A stretch of 64,000 bases of DNA from Macrostomum lignano (Eukaryota): assembly GCA_002269645.1 (NCBI GenBank), contig NIVC01003360.1, positions 1 to 64,000 on the forward strand, in the 5' to 3' direction. Below, in pieces: positions 7,232 to 15,919 of this stretch. Position 1 is the stretch's first letter, and the number at the start of each line of letters is the position of its first letter. The notes under the pieces were generated by a model, which searched no databases, was not told the origin of the DNA, and was given only the letters and a program-made list of their open reading frames with translations. A program made the position numbers and the translations under genes.

Positions 7232-10200
7232 TTTTTCTGTTAATCTCTTCCAGTTATTCAAGACTTTTTCCTTATTTAATTTTTTAAGTTCTTTTGGAAA
7301 TGTTGAATAATAATTATCTATATCTTTTTCATATTCTAGAAATGTATTATATTCACAATCACATTCGGATTCACAATCACAATCGTAATAATAATTATTT
7401 ATTGCCGCTTTGTATTCATTATATTTACTTATTATATCTTCTTTTTGTTTTTTATCTTTTATCATATTTTTTATCTCTTCTTTTAAACCATATGGATATG
7501 TTTTAATTTTATCATCTAAATATCTTTTATCATCAAATGGACTTAATGTTTTTTTATCTGTCTCGATGACAAACATCTGATGCTTATCTGAATTTAATCG
7601 ATATTGTGGAGCATGATAATTTTCAATTGTATTAAGGTAATCTAAAAGTACGTTTTTATAATCATCAAATGTTATCTTTTTTACTGCTGCTCTTGATACC
7701 CCTTTTATTTTTTTTACCTCTCCCTCCTGTCCTAAAACCTTAAATGCATAGCATTTTGATCTTATTGCTATAAACTCGGTTATGATTTTGCTATTTAATT
7801 CATCTTTCATTTTAAGTACAACTTTTTTATTTTGATCTGATTTTAAAGGATGGTTATCCGGATAGTCGGAGGTATCCAATGTATCCTTAATTTTTTCCAT
7901 ATCTTTATAGACATCGAACCTTTGGTTCGCGGACTCCGTCCGATCCTCTGTTTCAACCTTAAATACCAAACTGTCGGTGTCTGCATATATTGGATAGTTA
8001 TCTGGCCATGTTTTATTTATAACATCATAATAATATTCATACATTACCAGCTTTGCATAATCTAAAACAACCATTCCAATAAATATTGGTTTAAGAAATT
8101 TTGTTGTTTTATTTCTCATATGAATACCCATAAAGTTATCATCAAATTTTATAAAGTCTTTAAAGTTAGGTTTTGAGAAATATTTCTTTGCTTTATCAAT
8201 ATCCTTTTCTAAATGGAATTGGGTTCTATCTCTAATATTTTCAACCGTTTTTCCATAAAAAGCATTATTCATTAATTTCCAATAATCTTTCTCAAAATTT
8301 GTTTTTGACATCTGTCTCTGATTTGAATTAAAGTCAATATATTTAGCTAACCAATCTTCCTCAATAAACGATATTGTTCGATGTACTTTAGACACTTTTA
8401 ATCCCTGTTTTTCATAAAATTGTAGAAGCTTATAATGCACTACATAGTTTTTCTTATCATGTAAATTTAATATTAATTTTTTTGTTGCTAGATGTTTTGC
8501 ATTATCTACTTTAAGATAATCTTTTTGTGTTTGTGATAAATCATCTTCATTAACTGAACAATGCTCTGGAGCTAAAGGATATTTATATGTTTTTGCTTTT
8601 GCTTCCCGAGTATATTGCAAATCCACCTCTACAATACAGCCCCTTCCTTCGGGAATATTTTTGTAATAATCGGGGTCATCTTCCCATTGGAAATCAGCTA
8701 TTGGTAATTTTTGTTTCATACAACCACCGTATAAATTGTTTGCATCTAGATATAATACATATGATGATTTTTCTTTTTTATTATAATTTGGTAGATATTT
8801 ATTATTTACTTTAGTATATCTATCTCCTAGTACACCCGAGAATCCGCCGCGAATTCCTCTCTCAATCATTAACAACATATCATGATCAGTTAGTAAATCA
8901 ATCTCAACATCTGTGTATTTCAAACCGCAAGCCCATGTTAATCCGGGTGCACTGAAACAATAAGCGGGATCAATTTTAAAGTTCTCATATGTATGATTCC
9001 TAAAGTTTTCAAATGCATCAGCTAATAGGAGAACATCTGCTTTAAGATATAGATTATGATAATCTTTAAATGTTTTACAATTAAAATATTTCCATACTTT
9101 TTGAGCGTGTTCATAATCCGATTCACTTATATTTGTTTGTGATAATGTTGAATAAAACTTTTCTATGGGTGGTAATTCAGTATGAAAAAATACGTCTTCA
9201 GATGTTACATATTCATATGGATAGATGCCCTTACGAGTTAATAGCATTAGTTCTTCCTCGGATAGTTTTTCCTTTTTGAAACGATTCAATATTATTGGAA
9301 AGTTTTTCTTTACTATTTCTAAATCCCACGGTTTTGGAACAAGTGATGAAACAACATTTGCTAAAGATGTTGATAAGAATCTCAAGGAATCTAGAAAAAC
9401 TAGATGGGAGTATTTCTTACCATATGTTATTGATATATAATTTTCTGATGTTTTAGGTAATATATTTATTTCATATTCGTCCTTTCCTAAATGAAGCAAT
9501 TCTCGAACTAGGAAATGAAAATCATATCCGGAACCATTATGAAAAAATACTGGTATTTCCTTACATCCTTTTCCTTCTTTTGCGTTACATGATCTACATG
9601 CTGCCCCTCGATAAATTCCCGTTAGATGACAATGTTCTCGTATCTTATTTTTCTTACTTAAATATCTTTTGCACATATAACAATTTGTTGCATTTTTATA
9701 ATTGTCTCTATCCTTATCTGTCATAATAATATTTTTTGATAATTTATCATATTGATTTTGAATATATTCAAATACATTTACTAATGATTCTGCCATGTGC
9801 TTAGCTGCATCTTTACCGTGGTAAGTAATCATCCTTGATTTAAATATATGATCGGCTACGGAGTGTACATATATACAATAACTATTAGGAAACTGTTGTG
9901 CTAATTTTTTTGTGCATTCACCATCAGATAATGTCTGTGATTCTTTTAAGGGAACATTTGTTGCTTCAAAATCAGCATATATTACTATTGGTTTTTTAAT
10001 TGCCATATAATGTTGTTGGAACATTAGGGTTGCATCTTCAGATGCTGGCATTACAGCATTAGTAAATTTGTGATCTAAACAAAATCGTTGATGATTTTTA
10101 AGAGCTGTTTCATCCTTTTTAAATGTGAAACAATTTCTACATAGTGGATATCTATTTCTATTTTCTCTTAAAAAGGAACTAATGTCCTTTATGTATATAT

Positions 10201-10954
10201 AATGTGTTTCATTTTCACGCTGCATGTACAAAAGGTCGATTTGATCTGGTGCTGTTATATCTGTTGCTGGCTTAACAAGATAACACCTTTTCTTATACCA
10301 TTCTGGATCGACCTGTTGGGTCGCGGACTCCGTCCGATCGGTTGAAATTTCTTCTAGATCTTTTGGTTCTTCAATTGTAAACACATTAATATTTAAACCA
10401 TTCATTTTTTCAATCTTATATATATCATCTATTGCTACTGGGTATGATATGTTTTTCATTATTATTTCATTCTCATATTGTTTATAATTATATATTTTAT
10501 TAGTGTGTGATTCTACTTGATTGTGATATTTATGAATTAATAAACACCATAATAAACATTTATTATCTTTATTGTTTGGATTTATGATCATTGGTGATTT
10601 AAATTTGAGCTTCATATGTGATCGTCCTTTAAGAATTTCTATGGGTGCAATCTTTACTATTGCTGAATTACAGGATACAAATATAAACCCGGATCCGTTT
10701 TCTGTCATCTTATCTATCCATTCATCAAACTCAGCTTCTATTTGATTAAATTGATTATTGTAATTTCCCATTGATAGTAGTGTTTTATATGATTCTTGTG
10801 AAAAGTTATTTATTACTTCAATTTCTGAATTTGCATTAAGAATATTTGGTTTTTTAAATTCTGTTTCAACTTCTATTTTATACTTAATTGGCTGTCGTTT
10901 GTTATTTGGCCTTATAGTATAATTGTTTAATATGGTCTTTAATTTATCTTTCAT
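7217..10954 (-). CDS. polB: Protein-primed family B DNA polymerase with N-terminal OTU-like region and endonuclease VII-like zinc domain
   Basis: Uninterrupted 1245 aa. ExoI YADFE, ExoII HNGSGYDFHF, ExoIII YLKADVLLLAD. Pol motifs YLDANNLYG, KLMNNAFYGK, YADTDS. CYMC...REHCHLTGIYRGAACRSCN is EndoVII-like. N-terminal GSG...INPNNKDNKCLLWC is typical of this pPolB group. Confidence 0.97.
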   Translation of the reverse strand: MKDKLKTILNNYTIRPNNKRQPIKYKIEVETEFKKPNILNANSEIEVINNFSQESYKTLLSMGNYNNQFNQIEAEFDEWIDKMTENGSGFIFVSCNSAIVKIAPIEILKGRSHMKLKFKSPMIINPNNKDNKCLLWCLLIHKYHNQVESHTNKIYNYKQYENEIIMKNISYPVAIDDIYKIEKMNGLNINVFTIEEPKDLEEISTDRTESATQQVDPEWYKKRCYLVKPATDITAPDQIDLLYMQRENETHYIYIKDISSFLRENRNRYPLCRNCFTFKKDETALKNHQRFCLDHKFTNAVMPASEDATLMFQQHYMAIKKPIVIYADFEATNVPLKESQTLSDGECTKKLAQQFPNSYCIYVHSVADHIFKSRMITYHGKDAAKHMAESLVNVFEYIQNQYDKLSKNIIMTDKDRDNYKNATNCYMCKRYLSKKNKIREHCHLTGIYRGAACRSCNAKEGKGCKEIPVFFHNGSGYDFHFLVRELLHLGKDEYEINILPKTSENYISITYGKKYSHLVFLDSLRFLSTSLANVVSSLVPKPWDLEIVKKNFPIILNRFKKEKLSEEELMLLTRKGIYPYEYVTSEDVFFHTELPPIEKFYSTLSQTNISESDYEHAQKVWKYFNCKTFKDYHNLYLKADVLLLADAFENFRNHTYENFKIDPAYCFSAPGLTWACGLKYTDVEIDLLTDHDMLLMIERGIRGGFSGVLGDRYTKVNNKYLPNYNKKEKSSYVLYLDANNLYGGCMKQKLPIADFQWEDDPDYYKNIPEGRGCIVEVDLQYTREAKAKTYKYPLAPEHCSVNEDDLSQTQKDYLKVDNAKHLATKKLILNLHDKKNYVVHYKLLQFYEKQGLKVSKVHRTISFIEEDWLAKYIDFNSNQRQMSKTNFEKDYWKLMNNAFYGKTVENIRDRTQFHLEKDIDKAKKYFSKPNFKDFIKFDDNFMGIHMRNKTTKFLKPIFIGMVVLDYAKLVMYEYYYDVINKTWPDNYPIYADTDSLVFKVETEDRTESANQRFDVYKDMEKIKDTLDTSDYPDNHPLKSDQNKKVVLKMKDELNSKIITEFIAIRSKCYAFKVLGQEGEVKKIKGVSRAAVKKITFDDYKNVLLDYLNTIENYHAPQYRLNSDKHQMFVIETDKKTLSPFDDKRYLDDKIKTYPYGLKEEIKNMIKDKKQKEDIISKYNEYKAAINNYYYDCDCESECDCEYNTFLEYEKDIDNYYSTFPKELKKLNKEKVLNNWKRLTEKLLIG
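7913..7944. repeat. Double-hairpin element, in frame in PolB near motif C
   Basis: AT CGAACC-TTT-GGTTCG CGGAC-TCC-GTCCG AT; read on the minus strand as DRTESANQRF(D). Confidence 0.85.
10307..10338. repeat. Double-hairpin element, in frame in the PolB N-terminal region
   Basis: AT CGACCT-GTT-GGGTCG CGGAC-TCC-GTCCG AT; read on the minus strand as DRTESATQQV(D). Confidence 0.85.
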
Positions 10955-11449
10955 TTGTTTAAAATATTCTTTATAATTTGTATTTATATCCTATATACTA
11001 AAAATGAGTTGTCTGTGGGTATGCGATAGATTTCAGAAAAATTGGCTCAACCGATTTTCTTCAAACTTGCACCATTCGATCAGAAATTTTCCTGGGACTG
11101 TACATGCATCTTGGCTAAGAAATTGCTCAATTCTAAAGGGATTAAATATTCGAAAAACATGCTTTTTTGCAAAGGTCAAGCAAAATTTTCGACTTGAAAT
11201 GCATTGTAAGAATGCTAGAGAAAAACCTGACTGACTGAATTTTGATTCTGATAAAGATTGCATCACAACAAGTTGAAAACAGTGTCGAAGAAATGCACAC
11301 ACGACTTGATTTAAATTGCGTAACCAATATTGCTAACTTAAATTGAGACTGATACTGGCTGACTGAGAAATTGATTATGTCATAACTTTTACTTTAATTG
11401 ACTTGCTGTAAGAATTGAATTATAAGGGCCACAATTCATAGAAAAGAGA

Positions 11450-11515
11450 TAGCCTAGATACGAACAGACTGGACTGCCAACGTAGCGACCTGGGTTCGAA
11501 TCTTAGTAGAGCAAA
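11450..11515 (+). mobile_element. tRNA-derived SINE head fragment
   Basis: GATAGCCTAG A-box-like sequence and GGGTTCGAATC B-box; no complete cloverleaf. Confidence 0.4.
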
Positions 11516-11569
11516 ATAATTTTTTTATTTAATCACCTTGAAAACACGAAACTGCTAAACATAAAAAAG

Positions 11570-12260
11570 CACAATGTCAAACATAAAAGAGGCACCATGT
11601 CAAACATTACATGGTCACCATGTAAAACATATACGTGACTCTATGTCAAACATTACATGGTCACCATGTAAAACATATACGTGACTCTATGTCAAACATA
11701 AAAGAGCCACCATGTAAAACGTAAAAGAGCCACCATGAAGAACATTAAAGAGCCACCATGCCAAACATAAAAGAGCCACCATGTAAAATATTAAAGAGCC
11801 ACCATGGCAAACATAAAAGAGCCACTATGTCGAACATTAAAGAGCTAGCATGTCTAACATTAAAGAGCCACCATGTCGAACATTAAAGAGACACCATTTC
11901 GAACATAAAAGAGCCACTATTTCAAACGTAAAAGAGCCACAATGTAGAATATTAAAGAGCCACTATGTTGAACATTAAAAAGCCACCGTGTCAAACACTA
12001 AAGAGCCACTATTTCGAACATTAAAGAGCCACCATGTCGAATATTAAAGAGCCACCATGTAGAATATTAAAGAGCCACTATGTCAAACATTAAAGAGCCA
12101 CTATGTCAAACGTAAAAGTGACTTTATGTCAAACATATAGGTGTTTTTATGTCAAACATTAAAGAGCCACCATTTCGAACATTAAAGAGCCACCATGTCA
12201 AACATAAGAGAGCCACCATGTCAAGCATAAAATAGACACAATTTCAAACGTAAAAGAATT
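11570..12260 (+). repeat. 23-bp minisatellite AAAGAGCCACCATGTCAAACATT, block 1
   Basis: Period of 23 measured between GAGCC anchors; copies are degenerate. Confidence 0.9.
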
Positions 12261-12344
12261 GCCAGCCAATGCCAATTTTAAGTCATGCCAATTTTAAAGG
12301 AGCCACTATAAAGCTAAGGAAATTTTCGCACTAGCTACTTATTG

Positions 12345-12535
12345 TCTGGTGGATGCTTGCTATTTGGAGATACTTGCTATCTGGGGGGTGCTTGCTATCT
12401 GGGGGATGCTTGCTATCTGAGGGTGCTTGCTATCTGGGGGATGCTTGCTATCTGGGGGATGCTTGCTATCTGGGGGGGTACTTGCTATCTGGGGGATGTT
12501 TTCTCTCTGGGTGATGCTTGCTGTCTTGGGATGAT
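12345..12535 (+). repeat. 18-bp minisatellite GATGCTTGCTATCTGGGG, block 1
   Basis: Period 18; gives the spurious MLAIWG ORFs. Confidence 0.9.
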
Positions 12536-12599
12536 TTCTTTTTGGATTGCACTTTATTTGAGCAGTTTCTCGGTTTTCTTTGTATAGGTTTTTTTTGTA

Positions 12600-13450
12600 T
12601 GTCGAATATTAAACAGCCACTATGTCAAACATAAAAGAGCCACCATGTCAAACATATACGTGACTCCATCTCAAACAATAAAGAGCCACTATGTCAAACA
12701 TAAAAGAGCTACCATGTCAGACATAAAAGAGCTACCATGTCAAATATACAAAAGCCATCATGTCAAACATAAAACAGCCACATATACGTGACTTAATGTC
12801 AAACCTTAAGGAGCCTCCATGTCGAACATTAAAGAGCCACCATGTAAAATATAAAAGAGCTACCATGTAAAATATAAAAGAGCCACCATATCAAACATAA
12901 AAGAGCCACCATTTTAAACATATACGTGACTCCATGTCAAACATTAAAGCGCCATCATGTCAAACATATATGTGACTGCATGTCAAACATAGAAGAGCCA
13001 CCATGTCAAACATAAAAGAGCCACCATGGCGAACATTAAAGAGCCACCATGTCAAACATAGAAGAGACACCATGTCAAACATAAACAGCCACGATGTAAA
13101 ATTTAAAAGAGCTACCACGTAAAATATAAAAGAGCCATCATGTCAAACATTTACGTGACTCAGTGTCAAACATTAAAGAGCCACCATGTCGAACATTAAA
13201 GAGCCACCATGTTAAACATAAAAGAGCCACTATGCCGAACATAAAAGAGCCACCATGTCAAACAACTAAGCCACCATGTCAAACAATGAAGAGACACCAT
13301 GTCAAACATAGAAGAGCCACCATGTCAAACATAACAGAGACAACATTTCAAACGTAAAAGGGCCACCATGGTAAACATAGAAGAGCCACTATGTCAACAT
13401 TAAAGAGCCACCTTTTTAAACATAAAAGAGACACCGTTTCAAACATAAAA
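12600..13450 (+). repeat. 23-bp minisatellite, block 2
   Basis: Same unit as 11570-12260. Confidence 0.9.
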
Positions 13451-13509
13451 GAAGTGTCATGCCAAACAAAATGGAGCCACTATAAAGCTAAGGAAATTGT
13501 TGCACTAGC

Positions 13510-13945
13510 TACTTTCTCTGGTGGATGCTTGTTATTTAAGGATGGAAACTTGCTATCAAGGGGATGCTTGCTATCGGAAGGATGCTTGCTACTGGGGTAA
13601 CTTGCTATTGGGAGATGCTTGCTCTTGGGGGGTAGAGGGTACTTGCTATCTAAGAGGGGGTTGCTAGATATCTATAAGGTCTCTTTGTATCCAGGTTAAT
13701 GCTTGCTATCTGGGGTTGCTTGCGGTCTGGGGGATTGCTTGCTATCTGGGGGATGCTTGCTATCTGGGGTTGCTTGCAGTCTAGGGGATGCTTACTATCT
13801 GGGGTCTGGGGGATGCTTGCTATCTTGGGGTTGCTTGCTATCGGGGGGATGCTTGCTATCTGGGGGATGCTTGCAGTTTGGAGGATTTTGCTATTTGGGG
13901 ATCGATGCTTGAATGCTGTCTGAGGATGCTTGCTGTCTTGGGATG
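13510..13945 (+). repeat. 18-bp minisatellite, block 2
   Basis: Same unit as 12345-12535 and preceded by the same junction GGAGCCACTATAAAGCTAAGGAAATT. Confidence 0.9.
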
Positions 13946-14063
13946 TTTTGTTTTTAGAGGGAATGTCTGTTGTTTTTTATGAAGGCTTTATTTCGCTGTC
14001 TATTTGTTATTTGTAAAGAACAAGGATTCTATCCAGATGTCCCCCATCGGGGGGCGAAGATTG

Positions 14064-14264
14064 CTAGTCTATATCTATACCTATTACTTCAGCTCCATTT
14101 TGTCCTTGTGGTTGGGGGTTATCAATATCATTTAATTGTCTTTCTAAACGTATCTCATTTTCTGCCCTAACTCTAGCTTCTATATTAGCTCTTTCTAATT
14201 CCAATTGAGCTATTAATTGCGCTCTAAGTTCAGGGTTGTCGATTTGAGCTAAAATTGCTTCCAT
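14064..14264 (-). CDS. Small acidic coiled-coil viral protein
   Basis: 66 aa, CTATAAAATG start context, internal IDNP duplication. Confidence 0.45.
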   Translation of the reverse strand: MEAILAQIDNPELRAQLIAQLELERANIEARVRAENEIRLERQLNDIDNPQPQGQNGAEVIGIDID

Positions 14265-14348
14265 TTTATAGAATAAAATTTATATAATGTTTGAATTATT
14301 GATTTTTTAATTTTGTGTTTTTGGTGTCCAGACCCTCCCCCCAGGAGC

Positions 14349-15308
14349 CTATTCGAGATCTGCTTTTGGTAATAGCAATCCGTTTCCCATAACGTTTGAA
14401 TTTAAGAAAATTCCTGAACCTGCTTTTGGTCGCATTTCGAGATATAATCCGCTTCCATCATGTTTTTCAATGATGTTAAAATCTTTTCCTAACTTATTAA
14501 AAATTTTCTGAACAGCTGGTCTAAAATTGGATCCAATATTGTCAAAAAATCCTTTAGCTTTCTCACCCGTTTTTTCTAAAGTTTGGCCAAATTCGTGTAG
14601 TTTATCTGCGACAACTCCACTTCCTTGGGTCGTTCCTTTTAAAATTAAACCTTTTCCAGCTGCTAATTTAGCTTCTGCATTTCTTTTTTGCTCTGCTGTT
14701 GCTGAACTACTATTAATGGTATCTATAAGTTTTTGTTTGAATTGTGCGTCCTGTGTTATTTGCTGTCTTTGAAATTCGGCCTCTCTTTTGGCTTTTTCAT
14801 CCGCGGCTTTTTTGTCATTTACTGCTTTTGCAATTCCAGCCGCTCCTCCAGCGACTCCTCCAGCTGCTCCAATTCCTGCAAAAATTATTGGGAGCAAAGT
14901 TGCGAGGGGTAATATACCCCCTTCTTTTGCTTTTAATTCTCCTAACTGTTTTATGTTATCATGAATTCTTTTTCCTGCTAAACCAGCTGCTCCAGCTGCC
15001 CCAAGTCCTAAAAGAATTGGTAAAATGGGTAACAACCCGCCGTCCTTTTTAGTGTGAGTCTCCAATAAAAATTTTACATCGGAGTCTGTCAGCCTATAAT
15101 TTCTACCATGATTCTTAAAGGATATTGGTCTTCCTTCTTGTGCATATTTCGCAGCAAGTTTAAATGTATTGATGTCGTAGTCAAATTTTTTGCCTAAGCG
15201 ATCCAATCTTTTTAACATTGCGTGACTATGTTTATTATCGTCTAGATTTAAAGTATCTACAATTTCTCCTATAAAATATAGCCGTTTTTCGTCATTAACT
15301 GAGTCCAT
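14349..15308 (-). CDS. Virion core/maturation polyprotein with two adenovirus pX-like hydrophobic segments and GxG-L(Y/F)L repeats
   Basis: DGG-LLPILPILLGLGAAG and EGG-ILPLATLLPIIFAGIGAAGGVAGGAAGIAKAVND resemble HAdV pX (RGG-ILPLLIPLIAAAIGAVPG). The C-terminus carries GSGLYL, GSGIFL and GNGLLL repeats. Confidence 0.65.
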   Translation of the reverse strand: MDSVNDEKRLYFIGEIVDTLNLDDNKHSHAMLKRLDRLGKKFDYDINTFKLAAKYAQEGRPISFKNHGRNYRLTDSDVKFLLETHTKKDGGLLPILPILLGLGAAGAAGLAGKRIHDNIKQLGELKAKEGGILPLATLLPIIFAGIGAAGGVAGGAAGIAKAVNDKKAADEKAKREAEFQRQQITQDAQFKQKLIDTINSSSATAEQKRNAEAKLAAGKGLILKGTTQGSGVVADKLHEFGQTLEKTGEKAKGFFDNIGSNFRPAVQKIFNKLGKDFNIIEKHDGSGLYLEMRPKAGSGIFLNSNVMGNGLLLPKADLE

Positions 15309-15318
15309 TTTTATATTG

Positions 15319-15729
15319 TTAAAATTTCTTTAATCCTTTTCCGCCTTTAATTGTGGTTAACATTTTATTAAAATCCTGAATATCTTTATTACTTATTGGT
15401 GTGCTTTTCGTGGGGGTTTCTGTTGGTTGTGCGGCTTGAGTTGTTTCCTGCGCTAGTTTCAAATCTTTTATTGCTTTTATTTGTGAGAGGGTGTCGTTAA
15501 ATTCTCTCAATTTCTTTAGTTCTTCTACTGCCCTCGCTGCTTCGATTCCGCCCTTTACAGCGTTTGTTATAGAACCTGCTGCAGAGCCTGCTTGGCCTAT
15601 AAGACCCATATTGTCTTTAACGAAATTCGCTGCTGTACCAACCACATCAAAAAGACCCTCACCTCGGTATTCAACTGGGTCTCCTACCTGCAATTCGTTC
15701 AGATTTTGCATATGTGTAACGTGTGTCAT
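15319..15729 (-). CDS. Putative membrane-active core protein (pVI-like organisation)
   Basis: Likely start is MTHVTH at 15729 (AAAAAATG context). YRGE-GLFDVVGTAANFVKDNMGLIG forms an amphipathic helix; the C-terminus is IKGG-KGLKKF. Confidence 0.55.
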   Translation of the reverse strand: MTHVTHMQNLNELQVGDPVEYRGEGLFDVVGTAANFVKDNMGLIGQAGSAAGSITNAVKGGIEAARAVEELKKLREFNDTLSQIKAIKDLKLAQETTQAAQPTETPTKSTPISNKDIQDFNKMLTTIKGGKGLKKF

Positions 15730-15887
15730 TTTTTGTTCTATTTTTAGTAACAGAAAAATTAAGTTGCAGACACTAAAGAAAAGGGTAGTGTGCAAGCATC
15801 TCGAGCGGTTTTATTTTATAGCTCTTTTTTACTCTTTTTTGTATAGAAAATAAAGAAGACGCAAACACAAAAGATTCTCTATCCAAA

Positions 15888-15919
15888 AATGAACCTATGG
15901 TTCGCGGGCTGTGCCCGAT
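15888..15919. repeat. Double-hairpin element upstream of the core-gene cluster
   Basis: A TGAACC-TAT-GGTTCG CGGGC-TGT-GCCCG AT; a further hairpin TGCTCC-GCT-GGAGCA follows at ~15933-15947. Confidence 0.75.

Larger units (their letters stand above)
11012..13990. mobile_element. Nested host-derived insertion inside the Polinton (non-autonomous element with minisatellite core); boundaries approximate
   Basis: Non-coding stretch interrupting the compact viral gene layout. It contains a tRNA-like SINE head and two [23-bp array + shared junction + 18-bp array] blocks. Confidence 0.55.

Noticed and set aside
7290-7400. YDCDCESECDCEY motif at the PolB C-terminus as a metal site
   Set aside because: It is encoded by a short tandem duplication (TCACAATC-type repeats) beyond the conserved polymerase end; no support for function.
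3526-9440. Antisense ORFs overlapping the fibre and PolB (3526-3798, 4720-4917, 7294-7506, 7850-8065, 8587-8814, 9225-9440)
   Set aside because: Shadow frames of long genuine genes with no recognisable motifs.
11570-13945. ORFs such as MLAIWG..., KEPPCQT... and a CRISPR-like reading of the 23-mers
   Set aside because: These are translations of 18- and 23-bp minisatellites; there is no spacer structure.
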